Assembly (NCBI RefSeq): GCF_009914755.1
Contig: NC_060939.1
From: the human T2T-CHM13v2.0 reference genome, Homo sapiens
Length of the DNA: 64,000 nt
Strand: one strand, 5' to 3'
Shown: piece by piece, positions 1 to 13,594 of the stretch
Numbering within the stretch: the stretch's first letter is position 1
How the letters are laid out: each line of letters begins with the position of its first letter
The notes under the pieces: model-generated
The model's input: only the letters and a program-made list of their open reading frames with translations
What the model was told of the DNA's origin: nothing
Databases searched by the model: none
Translations under genes and position numbers: made by a program

Positions 1-214
1 ATATAACATATTACATATAATTAATAACATAGACATATAATATATATTTAACATATGTACTATATATACAACGTATTATACATATACTATATAATATATA
101 TTATATATATGGCATAAAATATAATATATATTATATGTCATATTTTATATATACAATTATATATTATTATATGTTATTTTATATTATGTATAACATAGAT
201 ATAATATATATACC

Positions 215-318
215 TATAATGTATATTACATATAACGTAGATATTATATATAATATATATAATGTATATTATATATAACGTAGATATTATATATAATATA
301 TATAATGTATATTATATA
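215..318 (+). repeat. 43 bp internal tandem repeat (~2.4 copies) in the AT-rich segment (exemplar; in every monomer)
   Basis: AATGTATATT at 218, 261 and 304; AACGTAGATATT at 234 and 277. Confidence 0.85.
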
Positions 319-562
319 TTTAATACGTATATTAACCATATAATATATTCTATATATGATATATAATATATATTATATATGTCATAAAATATAATATATA
401 TTATATGTCATTGTATAAATATAATACTTATATATTATCAATTATTATATTACATTTAATATATATAATATAAGATGCAGGATGTGAAACAATATTATAT
501 ATATGTTATTTATATTATATATATGATACTATATATTATTGTATACATAATGTGTATATATA

Positions 563-1131
563 TTTGTGGGTGCCCTATTTCCCATCTCATAACTTGTTTT
601 AAGAAGCGCAGCATAATAATGTGTGGGCTTGGGATTCAGTTTTTGAAACAAAACACTGAGCCTTCAATGACCTTTCGGTCTATGTAGAAGCGCTCCTGTC
701 TTCGTGGCAGCAGTTGGACCTCACAATGTGGATTGTGCCGTCACCCTGCAATGTTTATGCCCTATCGCCATGGTGACGGGATTAGGGATCTCCTGCTCTT
801 GGTCCTAAAGGCCACTGTCTGTGCTGTGTTTTTCAAAGGTCAGCACAGAGTGAACCTTTGTGGTTTTATTTTCCCTGAGTTTGATTTTTCTCATGGGGAA
901 CCTGTGGTGCTGCTTTGAAGGTATATTCATACTGGCCTTTCAAATGCCAACTCTTCAAATTACTAGTTAATGCTTTCAAAGTATGTTATTTCAAAAATTA
1001 TCCTCCGTATTTTCCATATGCAGTTATAAATATGTTTCATGGTTATGTTTCATTCCTCAGTTTATATATTTGATTATTGTACCAAGCAGAGTACCTTTGA
1101 AATTTTTTTTCATCTAAAAAATATGTAAATT
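563..1131 (+). repeat. HSATI-like moderate-GC segment of the monomer (U1 exemplar; present at the same offset in every monomer)
   Basis: Begins TTTGTGGGTGCCCTATTTCCCATCTCATAAC and contains GGCAGCAGTTGGACCTCACAATGTGGATTGTGCC and GCAGAGTACCTTTGAAA. Recognised from memory as HSATI-like; it lies directly 5' of the Alu. Boundaries are approximate. Confidence 0.85.
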
Positions 1132-1422
1132 AGCTCAGGCCTGTAATCCCAGCAAATTTGGAGGCCAAGGCAAGGGGATCACAAGGTAAAGAGATCAAGA
1201 CCATCCTGGCCAATACAGTGAAACGCTGTCACTACTAAAAATCCAAAAAATTAGCTAGGCATTGTGGCAGCTGGTGTAGTCCCAGTGTGGTGTAGTCCAA
1301 GCTACCTGGGAGGCTGAGGGAGGGCAATCGCTTGAACCCGTGAGGCAGATGTTGCAGTGAGCAAATTTGGTGCCATTGTACTCCACCCTGTGCAACAGGA
1401 CAACACTCTGTCTAAAAAAAAA
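1132..1422 (+). mobile_element. Alu SINE relic (AluY/AluSc-like), 5'-truncated, amplified as part of the satellite monomer (U1)
   Basis: GCTCAGGCCTGTAATCCCAGC left-arm start; GGATCACAAGGT...GAGATCAAGACCATCCTGGCCAA (Y/Sc-type diagnostics); CTACTAAAAATCCAAAAAATTAGC linker; GGGAGGCTGAGG; TTGCAGTGAGC; ACTCTGTCT followed by an A9 tail. Confidence 0.93.
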
Positions 1423-3002
1423 TTATATATGATATATGTTATATGTTATGTAATATGCTTTATATGTAATATATAACCTCATATATATTATATGTCATAA
1501 TATATAATAGTTATCCTGTGTCATATTATATATATTATATATTTCATAACATATATAATATATAATACATATTATACATCTTATATATGAAAATATGTAA
1601 TTAGAGATAAAATAACATATAGTTATATATAATATGATATATAACATATATACTATATCATATATGATATATAATATATAATTTTTTATTGCATATTATA
1701 ATTCATATATATTATAATTTATATAATGATATAATTATTTATATAATATAAATAATTATACATGCTTATATAATTATATATAATATAAATAATAATATAT
1801 ATAATTACATATTCATATCGTTATATATAATAATACATTTCATATGTAATTATATATATCATATAATAGACAACACACCTAATATATAATATATAATATA
1901 TATTATACAATATAGGATACAAAAGATGTATGATATATAAGATATCATAATATAATATATATTTTAACATTATGTATGTAACATGTAATATGTGATATAT
2001 AAAATAAATTATGTAATATAAAATAATATAATATAATATATACTATATTAAGGTATATTATGTAAAGTATGTAATAAAATTATAAGTAACATAATATATA
2101 GTTATATATATTATCTTATGTATTTACATAGAGTATTATACAGTTATATATAATTTTAAATTGTTATATATAATTTAATATAAAACAAATATAATATACA
2201 TCATAACATATATATTGTATACCATATATATATTATGTATCATATATTGTATGTTATATATTATATATTCTATATCATATATCATATATTATATGTTATA
2301 TATATCACATTCCACATTTTGTATATTATAAATTATATACAATATATGACATGTATTATATTATATATAATAAATTATACATTATATGTAACATAGTATA
2401 TATTATATGTAACATGTATATTCTATGTAAAATATATAATATATAACATATTACATATAATTAATAACATAGACATATAATATATATTTAACATATGTAC
2501 TATATATACAACGTATTATACATATACTATATAATATATATTATATATATGGCATAAAATATAATATATATTATATGTCATATTTTATATATACAATTAT
2601 ATATTATTATATGTTATTTTATATTATCTATAACATAGATATAATATATATACCTATAATGTATATTACATATAATGTAGATATTATATATAATATATAT
2701 AATGTATATTATATATAACGTAGATATTATATATAATATATATAATGTATATTATATATTTAATACGTATACTAACCATATAATATATTCTATATATGAT
2801 ATATAATATATATTATATATGTCATAAAATATAATATATATTATATGTCATTGTATAAATATAATACTTATATATTATCAATTATTATATTACATTTAAT
2901 ATATATAATATAAGATGCAGGATGTGAAACAATATTATATATATGTTATTTATATTATATATATGATACTATATATTATTGTATACATAATGTGTATATA
3001 TA
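1423..3002. repeat. AT-rich low-complexity segment of the monomer, ~1.6 kb (exemplar; one per monomer)
   Basis: Degenerate TATATAA/ATATATT/(TA)n motifs from the end of the Alu A-tail to the next HSATI-like segment. The sequence is nearly identical between monomers despite its low complexity. Confidence 0.95.
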
Positions 3003-3571
3003 TTTGTGGGTGCCCTATTTCCCATCTCATAACTTGTTTTAAGAAGCGCAGCATAATAATGTGTGGGCTTGGGATTCAGTTTTTGAAACAAAACACTGAG
3101 CCTTCAATGACCTTTCGGTCTATGTAGAAGCGCTCCTGTCTTCGTGGCAGCAGTTGGACCTCACAATGTGGATTGTGCCGTCACCCTGCAATGTTTATGC
3201 CCTATCGCCATGGTGACGGGATTAGGGATCTCCTGCTCTTGGTCCTAAAGGCCACTGTCTGTGCTGTGTTTTTCAAAGGTCAGCACAGAGTGAACCTTTG
3301 TGGTTTTATTTTCCCTGAGTTTGATTTTTCTCATGGGGAACCTGTGGTGCTGCTTTGAAGGTATATTCATACTGGCCTTTCAAATGCCAACTCTTCAAAT
3401 TACTAGTTAATGCTTTCAAAGTATGTTATTTCAAAAATTATCCTCCGTATTTTCCATATGCAGTTATAAATATGTTTCATGGTTATGTTTCATTCCTCAG
3501 TTTATATATTTCATTATTGTACCAAGCAGAGTACCTTTGAAATTTTTTTTCATCTAAAAAATATGTAAATT

Positions 3572-3862
3572 AGCTCAGGCCTGTAATCCCAGCAAATTTG
3601 GAGGCCAAGGCAAGGGGATCACAAGGTAAAGAGATCAAGACCATCCTGGCCAATACAGTGAAACGCTGTCACTACTAAAAATCCAAAAAATTAGCTAGGC
3701 ATTGTGGCAGCTGGTGTAGTCCCAGTGTGGTGTAGTCCAAGCTACCTGGGAGGCTGAGGGAGGGCAATCGCTTGAACCCGTGAGGCAGATGTTGCAGTGA
3801 GCAAATTTGGTGCCATTGTACTCCACCCTGTGCAACAGGACAACACTCTGTCTAAAAAAAAA
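3572..3862 (+). mobile_element. Alu relic in monomer U2
   Basis: Same Alu sequence as 1132-1422 at the same monomer offset. Confidence 0.92.
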
Positions 3863-6004
3863 TTATATATGATATATGTTATATGTTATGTAATATGCTT
3901 TATATGTAATATATAAACTCATATATATTATATGTCATAATATATAATAGTTATCCTGTGTCATATTATATATATTATATATTTCATAACATATATAATA
4001 TATAATACATATTATACATCTTATATATGAAAATATGTAATTAGAGATAAAATAACATATAGTTATATATAATATGATATATAACATATATACTATATCA
4101 TATATGATATATAATATATAATTTTTTATTGCATATTATAATTCATATATATTATAATTTATATAATGATATAATTATTTATATAATATAAATAATTATA
4201 CATGCTTATATAATTATATATAATATAAATAATAATATATATAATTACATATTCATATCGTTATATATAATAATACATTTCATATGTAATTATATATATC
4301 ATATAATAGACAACACACCTAATATATAATATATAATATATATTATACAATATAGGATACAAAAGATGTATGATATATAAGATATCATAATATAATATAT
4401 ATTTTAACATTATGTATGTAACATGTAATATGTGATATATAAAATAAATTATGTAATATAAAATAATATAATATAATATATACTATATTAAGGTATATTA
4501 TGTAAAGTATGTAATAAAATTATAAGTAACATAATATATAGTTATATATATTATCTTATGTATTTACATAGAGTATTATACAGTTATATATAATTTTAAA
4601 TTGTTATATATAATTTAATATAAAACAAATATAATATACATCATAACATATATATTGTATACCATATATATATTATGTATCATATATTGTATGTTATATA
4701 TCATATATTGTATATCATATATTATATGTTATATGTATCACATTCCACATTTTGTATATTATAAATTATATACAATATATGACATATATTATATTATATA
4801 TAATAAATTATACATTATATGTAACATAGTATATATTATATGTAACATGTATATTCTATGTAAAATATATAATATATAACATATTACATATAATTAATAA
4901 CATAGACATATAATATATATTTAACATATGTACTATATATACAACGTATTATACATATACTATATAATATATATTATATATATGGCATAAAATATAATAT
5001 ATATTATATGTCATATTTTATATATACAATTATATATTATTATATGTTATTTTATATTATGTATAACATAGATATAATATATATACCTATAATGTATATT
5101 ACATATAATGTAGATATTATATATAATATATATAATGTATATTATATATAACGTAGATATTATATATAATATATATAATGTATATTATATATTTAATACG
5201 TATACTAACCATATAATATATTCTATATATGATATATAATATATATTATATATGTCATAAAATATAATATATATTATATGTCATTGTATAAATATAATAC
5301 TTATATATTATCAATTATTATATTACATTTAATATATATAATATAAGATGCAGGATGTGAAACAATATTATATATATGTTATTTATATTATATATATGAT
5401 ACTATATATTATTGTATACATAATGTGTATATATATTTGTGGGTGCCCTATTTCCCATCTCATAACTTGTTTTAAGAAGCGCAGCATAATAATGTGTGGG
5501 CTTGGGATTCAGTTTTTGAAACAAAACACTGAGCCTTCAATGACCTTTCGGTCTATGTAGAAGCGCTCCTGTCTTCGTGGCAGCAGTTGGACCTCACAAT
5601 GTGGATTGTGCCGTCACCCTGCAATGTTTATGCCCTATCGCCATGGTGACGGGATTAGGGATCTCCTGCTCTTGGTCCTAAAGGCCACTGTCTGTGCTGT
5701 GTTTTTCAAAGGTCAGCACAGAGTGAACCTTTGTGGTTTTATTTTCCCTGAGTTTGATTTTTCTCATGGGGAACCTGTGGTGCTGCTTTGAAGGTATATT
5801 CATACTGGCCTTTCAAATGCCAACTCTTCAAATTACTAGTTAATGCTTTCAAAGTATGTTATTTCAAAAATTATCCTCCGTATTTTCCATATGCAGTTAT
5901 AAATATGTTTCATGGTTATGTTTCATTCCTCAGTTTATATATTTCATTATTGTACCAAGCAGAGTACCTTTGAAATTTTTTTTCATCTAAAAAATATGTA
6001 AATT

Positions 6005-6295
6005 AGCTCAGGCCTGTAATCCCAGCAAATTTAGAGGCCAAGGCAAGGGGATCACAAGGTAAAGAGATCAAGACCATCCTGGCCAATACAGTGAAACGCT
6101 GTCACTACTAAAAATCCAAAAAATTAGCTAGGCATTGTGGCAGCTGGTGTAGTCCCAGTGTGGTGTAGTCCAAGCTACCTGGGAGGCTGAGGGAGGGCAA
6201 TCGCTTGAACCCGTGAGGCAGATGTTGCAGTGAGCAAATTTGGTGCCATTGTACTCCACCCTGTGCAACAGGACAACACTCTGTCTAAAAAAAAA
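6005..6295 (+). mobile_element. Alu relic in monomer U3
   Basis: Same Alu; G>A variant at 6033. Confidence 0.92.
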
Positions 6296-8437
6296 TTATA
6301 TATGATATATGTTATATGTTATGTAATATGCTTTATATGTAATATATAAACTCATATATATTATATGTCATAATATATAATAGTTATCCTGTGTCATATT
6401 ATATATATTATATATTTCATAACATATATAATATATAATACATATTATACATCTTATATATGAAAATATGTAATTAGAGATAAAATAACATATAGTTATA
6501 TATAATATGATATATAACATATATACTATATCATATATGATATATAATATATAATTTTTTATTGCATATTATAATTCATATATATTATAATTTATATAAT
6601 GATATAATTATTTATATAATATAAATAATTATACATGCTTATATAATTATATATAATATAAATAATAATATATATAATTACATATTCATATCGTTATATA
6701 TAATAATACATTTCATATGTAATTATATATATCATATAATAGACAACACACCTAATATATAATATATAATATATATTATACAATATAGGATACAAAAGAT
6801 GTATGATATATAAGATATCATAATATAATATATATTTTAACATTATGTATGTAACATGTAATATGTGATATATAAAATAAATTATGTAATATAAAATAAT
6901 ATAATATAATATATACTATATTAAGGTATATTATGTAAAGTATGTAATAAAATTATAAGTAACATAATATATAGTTATATATATTATCTTATGTATTTAC
7001 ATAGAGTATTATACAGTTATATATAATTTTAAATTGTTATATATAATTTAATATAAAACAAATATAATATACATCATAACATATATATTGTATACCATAT
7101 ATATATTATGTATCATATATTGTATGTTATATATCATATATTGTATATCATATATTATATGTTATATGTATCACATTCCACATTTTGTATATTATAAATT
7201 ATATACAATATATGACATATATTATATTATATATAATAAATTATACATTATATGTAACATAGTATATATTATATGTAACATGTATATTCTATGTAAAATA
7301 TATAATATATAACATATTACATATAATTAATAACATAGACATATAATATATATTTAACATATGTACTATATATACAACGTATTATACATATACTATATAA
7401 TATATATTATATATATGGCATAAAATATAATATATATTATATGTCATATTTTATATATACAATTATATATTATTATATGTTATTTTATATTATCTATAAC
7501 ATAGATATAATATATATACCTATAATGTATATTACATATAACGTAGATATTATATATAATATATATAATGTATATTATATATAACGTAGATATTATATAT
7601 AATATATATAATGTATATTATATATTTAATACGTATATTAACCATATAATATATTCTATATATGATATATAATATATATTATATATGTCATAAAACATAA
7701 TATATAATATATGTCATTGTATAAATATAATACTTATATATTATCAATTATTATATTACATTTAATATATATAATATAAGATGCAGGATGTGAGACAATA
7801 TTATATATATGTTATTTATATTATATATATGATACTATATATTATTGTATACATAATGTGTATATATATTTGTGGGTGCCCTATTTCCCATCTCATAACT
7901 TGTTTTAAGAAGCGCAGCATAATAATGTGTGGGCTTGGGATTCAGTTTTTGAAACAAAACACTGAGCCTTCAATGACCTTTCGGTCTATGTAGAAGCGCT
8001 CCTGTCTTCGTGGCAGCAGTTGGACCTCACAATGTGGATTGTGCCGTCACCCTGCAATGTTTATGCCCTATCGCCATGGTGACGGGATTAGGGATCTCCT
8101 GCTCTTGGTCCTAAAGGCCACTGTCTGTGCTGTGTTTCTCAAAGGTCAGCACAGAGTGAACCTTTGTGGTTTTATTTTCCCTGAGTTTGATTTTTCTCAT
8201 GGGGAACCTGTGGTGCTGCTTTGAAGGTATATTCATACTGGCCTTTCAAATGCCAACTCTTCAAATTACTAGTTAATGCTTTCAAAGTATGTTATTTCAA
8301 AAATTATCCTCCGTATTTTCCATATGCAGTTATAAATATGTTTCATGGTTATGTTTCATTCCTCAGTTTATATATTTGATTATTGTACCAAGCAGAGTAC
8401 CTTTGAAATTTTTTTTCATCTAAAAAATATGTAAATT

Positions 8438-8728
8438 AGCTCAGGCCTGTAATCCCAGCAAATTTGGAGGCCAAGGCAAGGGGATCACAAGGTAAAGAGA
8501 TCAAGACCATCCTGGCCAATACAGTGAAACGCTGTCACTACTAAAAATCCAAAAAATTAGCTAGGCATTGTGGCAGCTGGTGTAGTCCCAGTGTGGTGTA
8601 GTCCAAGCTACCTGGGAGGCTGAGGGAGGGCAATCGCTTGAACCCGTGAGGCAGATGTTGCAGTGAGCAAATTTGGTGCCATTGTACTCCACCCTGTGCA
8701 ACAGGACAACACTCTGTCTAAAAAAAAA
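8438..8728 (+). mobile_element. Alu relic in monomer U4
   Basis: Same Alu at the same monomer offset. Confidence 0.92.
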
Positions 8729-10870
8729 TTATATATGATATATGTTATATGTTATGTAATATGCTTTATATGTAATATATAACCTCATATATATTATATG
8801 TCATAATATATAATAGTTATCCTGTGTCATATTATATATATTATATATTTCATAACATATATAATATATAATACATATTATACATCTTATATATGAAAAT
8901 ATGTAATTAGAGATAAAATAACATATAGTTATATATAATATGATATATAACATATATACTATATCATATATGATATATAATATATAATTTTTTATTGCAT
9001 ATTATAATTCATATATATTATAATTTATATAATGATATAATTATTTATATAATATAAATAATTATACATGATTATATAATTATATATAATATAAATAATA
9101 ATATATATAATTACATATTCATATCGTTATATATAATAATACATTTCATATGTAATTATATATATCATATAATAGACAACACACCTAATATATAATATAT
9201 AATATATATTATACAATATAGGATACAAAAGATGTATGATATATAAGATATCATAATATAATATATATTTTAACATTATGTATGTAACATGTAATATGTG
9301 ATATATAAAATAAATTATGTAATATAAAATAATATAATATAATATATACTATATTAAGGTATATTATGTAAAGTATGTAATAAAATTATAAGTAACATAA
9401 TATATAGTTATATATATTATCTTATGTATTTACATAGAGTATTATACAGTTATATATAATTTTAAATTGTTATATATAATTTAATATAAAACAAATATAA
9501 TATACATCATAACATATATATTGTATACCATATATATATTATGTATCATATATTGTATGTTATATATCATATATTGTATATCATATATTATATGTTATAT
9601 GTATCACATTCCACATTTTGTATATTATAAATTATATACAATATATGACATATATTATATTATATATAATAAATTATACATTATATGTAACATAGTATAT
9701 ATTATATGTAACATGTATATTCTATGTAAAATATATAATATATAACATATTACATATAATTAATAACATAGACATATAATATATATTTAACATATGTACT
9801 ATATATACAACGTATTATACATATACTATATAATATATATTATATATATGGCATAAAATATAATATATATTATATGTCATATTTTATATATACAATTATA
9901 TATTATTATATGTTATTTTATATTATCTATAACATAGATATAATATATATACCTATAATGTATATTACATATAACGTAGATATTATATATAATATATATA
10001 ATGTATATTATATATAACGTAGATATTATATATAATATATATAATGTATATTATATATTTAATACGTATATTAACCATATAATATATTCTATATATGATA
10101 TATAATATATATTATATATGTCATAAAACATAATATATAATATATGTCATTGTATAAATATAATACTTATATATTATCAATTATTATATTACATTTAATA
10201 TATATAATATAAGATGCAGGATGTGAGACAATATTATATATATGTTATTTATATTATATATATGATACTATATATTATTGTATACATAATGTGTATATAT
10301 ATTTGTGGGTGCCCTATTTCCCATCTCATAACTTGTTTTAAGAAGCGCAGCATAATAATGTGTGGGCTTGGGATTCAGTTTTTGAAACAAAACACTGAGC
10401 CTTCAATGACCTTTCGGTCTATGTAGAAGCGCTCCTGTCTTCGTGGCAGCAGTTGGACCTCACAATGTGGATTGTGCCGTCACCCTGCAATGTTTATGCC
10501 CTATCGCCATGGTGACGGGATTAGGGATCTCCTGCTCTTGGTCCTAAAGGCCACTGTCTGTGCTGTGTTTTTCAAAGGTCAGCACAGAGTGAACCTTTGT
10601 GGTTTTATTTTCCCTGAGTTTGATTTTTCTCATGGGGAACCTGTGGTGCTGCTTTGAAGGTATATTCATACTGGCCTTTCAAATGCCAACTCTTCAAATT
10701 ACTAGTTAATGCTTTCAAAGTATGTTATTTCAAAAATTATCCTCCGTATTTTCCATATGCAGTTATAAATATGTTTCATGGTTATGTTTCATTCCTCAGT
10801 TTATATATTTCATTATTGTACCAAGCAGAGTACCTTTGAAATTTTTTTTCATCTAAAAAATATGTAAATT

Positions 10871-11161
10871 AGCTCAGGCCTGTAATCCCAGCAAATTTAG
10901 AGGCCAAGGCAAGGGGATCACAAGGTAAAGAGATCAAGACCATCCTGGCCAATACAGTGAAACGCTGTCACTACTAAAAATCCAAAAAATTAGCTAGGCA
11001 TTGTGGCAGCTGGTGTAGTCCCAGTGTGGTGTAGTCCAAGCTACCTGGGAGGCTGAGGGAGGGCAATCGCTTGAACCCGTGAGGCAGATGTTGCAGTGAG
11101 CAAATTTGGTGCCATTGTACTCCACCCTGTGCAACAGGACAACACTCTGTCTAAAAAAAAA
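10871..11161 (+). mobile_element. Alu relic in monomer U5
   Basis: Same Alu; G>A variant at 10899 shared with U3. Confidence 0.92.
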
Positions 11162-13303
11162 TTATATATGATATATGTTATATGTTATGTAATATGCTTT
11201 ATATGTAATATATAAACTCATATATATTATATGTCATAATATATAATAGTTATCCTGTGTCATATTATATATATTATATATTTCATAACATATATAATAT
11301 ATAATACATATTATACATCTTATATATGAAAATATGTAATTAGAGATAAAATAACATATAGTTATATATAATATGATATATAACATATATACTATATCAT
11401 ATATGATATATAATATATAATTTTTTATTGCATATTATAATTCATATATATTATAATTTATATAATGATATAATTATTTATATAATATAAATAATTATAC
11501 ATGCTTATATAATTATATATAATATAAATAATAATATATATAATTACATATTCATATCGTTATATATAATAATACATTTCATATGTAATTATATATATCA
11601 TATAATAGACAACACACCTAATATATAATATATAATATATATTATACAATATAGGATACAAAAGATGTATGATATATAAGATATCATAATATAATATATA
11701 TTTTAACATTATGTATGTAACATGTAATATGTGATATATAAAATAAATTATGTAATATAAAATAATATAATATAATATATACTATATTAAGGTATATTAT
11801 GTAAAGTATGTAATAAAATTATAAGTAACATAATATATAGTTATATATATTATCTTATGTATTTACATAGAGTATTATACAGTTATATATAATTTTAAAT
11901 TGTTATATATAATTTAATATAAAACAAATATAATATACATCATAACATATATATTGTATACCATATATATATTATGTATCATATATTGTATGTTATATAT
12001 CATATATTGTATATCATATATTATATGTTATATGTATCACATTCCACATTTTGTATATTATAAATTATATACAATATATGACATATATTATATTATATAT
12101 AATAAATTATACATTATATGTAACATAGTATATATTATATGTAACATGTATATTCTATGTAAAATATATAATATATAACATATTACATATAATTAATAAC
12201 ATAGACATATAATATATATTTAACATATGTACTATATATACAACGTATTATACATATACTATATAATATATATTATATATATGGCATAAAATATAATATA
12301 TATTATATGTCATATTTTATATATACAATTATATATTATTATATGTTATTTTATATTATCTATAACATAGATATAATATATATACCTATAATGTATATTA
12401 CATATAACGTAGATATTATATATAATATATATAATGTATATTATATATAACGTAGATATTATATATAATATATATAATGTATATTATATATTTAATACGT
12501 ATATTAACCATATAATATATTCTATATATGATATATAATATATATTATATATGTCATAAAACATAATATATAATATATGTCATTGTATAAATATAATACT
12601 TATATATTATCAATTATTATATTACATTTAATATATATAATATAAGATGCAGGATGTGAGACAATATTATATATATGTTATTTATATTATATATATGATA
12701 CTATATATTATTGTATACATAATGTGTATATATATTTGTGGGTGCCCTATTTCCCATCTCATAACTTGTTTTAAGAAGCGCAGCATAATAATGTGTGGGC
12801 TTGGGATTCAGTTTTTGAAACAAAACACTGAGCCTTCAATGACCTTTCGGTCTATGTAGAAGCGCTCCTGTCTTCGTGGCAGCAGTTGGACCTCACAATG
12901 TGGATTGTGCCGTCACCCTGCAATGTTTATGCCCTATCGCCATGGTGACGGGATTAGGGATCTCCTGCTCTTGGTCCTAAAGGCCACTGTCTGTGCTGTG
13001 TTTCTCAAAGGTCAGCACAGAGTGAACCTTTGTGGTTTTATTTTCCCTGAGTTTGATTTTTCTCATGGGGAACCTGTGGTGCTGCTTTGAAGGTATATTC
13101 ATACTGGCCTTTCAAATGCCAACTCTTCAAATTACTAGTTAATGCTTTCAAAGTATGTTATTTCAAAAATTATCCTCCGTATTTTCCATATGCAGTTATA
13201 AATATGTTTCATGGTTATGTTTCATTCCTCAGTTTATATATTTGATTATTGTACCAAGCAGAGTACCTTTGAAATTTTTTTTCATCTAAAAAATATGTAA
13301 ATT

Positions 13304-13594
13304 AGCTCAGGCCTGTAATCCCAGCAAATTTGGAGGCCAAGGCAAGGGGATCACAAGGTAAAGAGATCAAGACCATCCTGGCCAATACAGTGAAACGCTG
13401 TCACTACTAAAAATCCAAAAAATTAGCTAGGCATTGTGGCAGCTGGTGTAGTCCCAGTGTGGTGTAGTCCAAGCTACCTGGGAGGCTGAGGGAGGGCAAT
13501 CGCTTGAACCCGTGAGGCAGATGTTGCAGTGAGCAAATTTGGTGCCATTGTACTCCACCCTGTGCAACAGGACAACACTCTGTCTAAAAAAAAA
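13304..13594 (+). mobile_element. Alu relic in monomer U6
   Basis: Same Alu at the same monomer offset. Confidence 0.92.

Noticed and set aside
475-687. 70 aa ORF (MQDVKQYY...) repeated in every monomer
   Set aside because: It translates AT-rich low-complexity DNA into Y/I runs and crosses into HSATI. Its conservation reflects satellite homogeneity, and it has no recognisable domain.
733-918. 61 aa ORF (MCRHPAMF...) in the HSATI-like segment
   Set aside because: Non-ATG start, short, no recognisable domain, and broken by a stop in U10 (TAG at 22761). It is a chance ORF in eukaryotic satellite DNA.
1132-1422. Active Alu, or a 7SL/Pol III RNA gene array
   Set aside because: The 5' end, including part of the A box, is missing, the B box is altered (GAGATCAAGAC), and the element is heavily diverged with only an A9 tail. 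Transcription cannot be supported from sequence.
1423-3002. TATA boxes, polyA signals and a long perfect palindrome (PATRR)
   Set aside because: Such short motifs are expected by chance in DNA this AT-rich. I saw only short TA self-complementary tracts and no long inverted repeat, though I could not compute this exhaustively.
3355-3540. 61 aa ORF (MKVYSYW...) in U2, U3 and U5 only
   Set aside because: It exists only because one G>C SNP removes a TGA; useful as a haplotype marker, not a gene.
4655-4879. 74 aa Y/I-rich ORF in short-class monomers
   Set aside because: It is a by-product of the 7 bp indel in AT-rich DNA and has a low-complexity translation.
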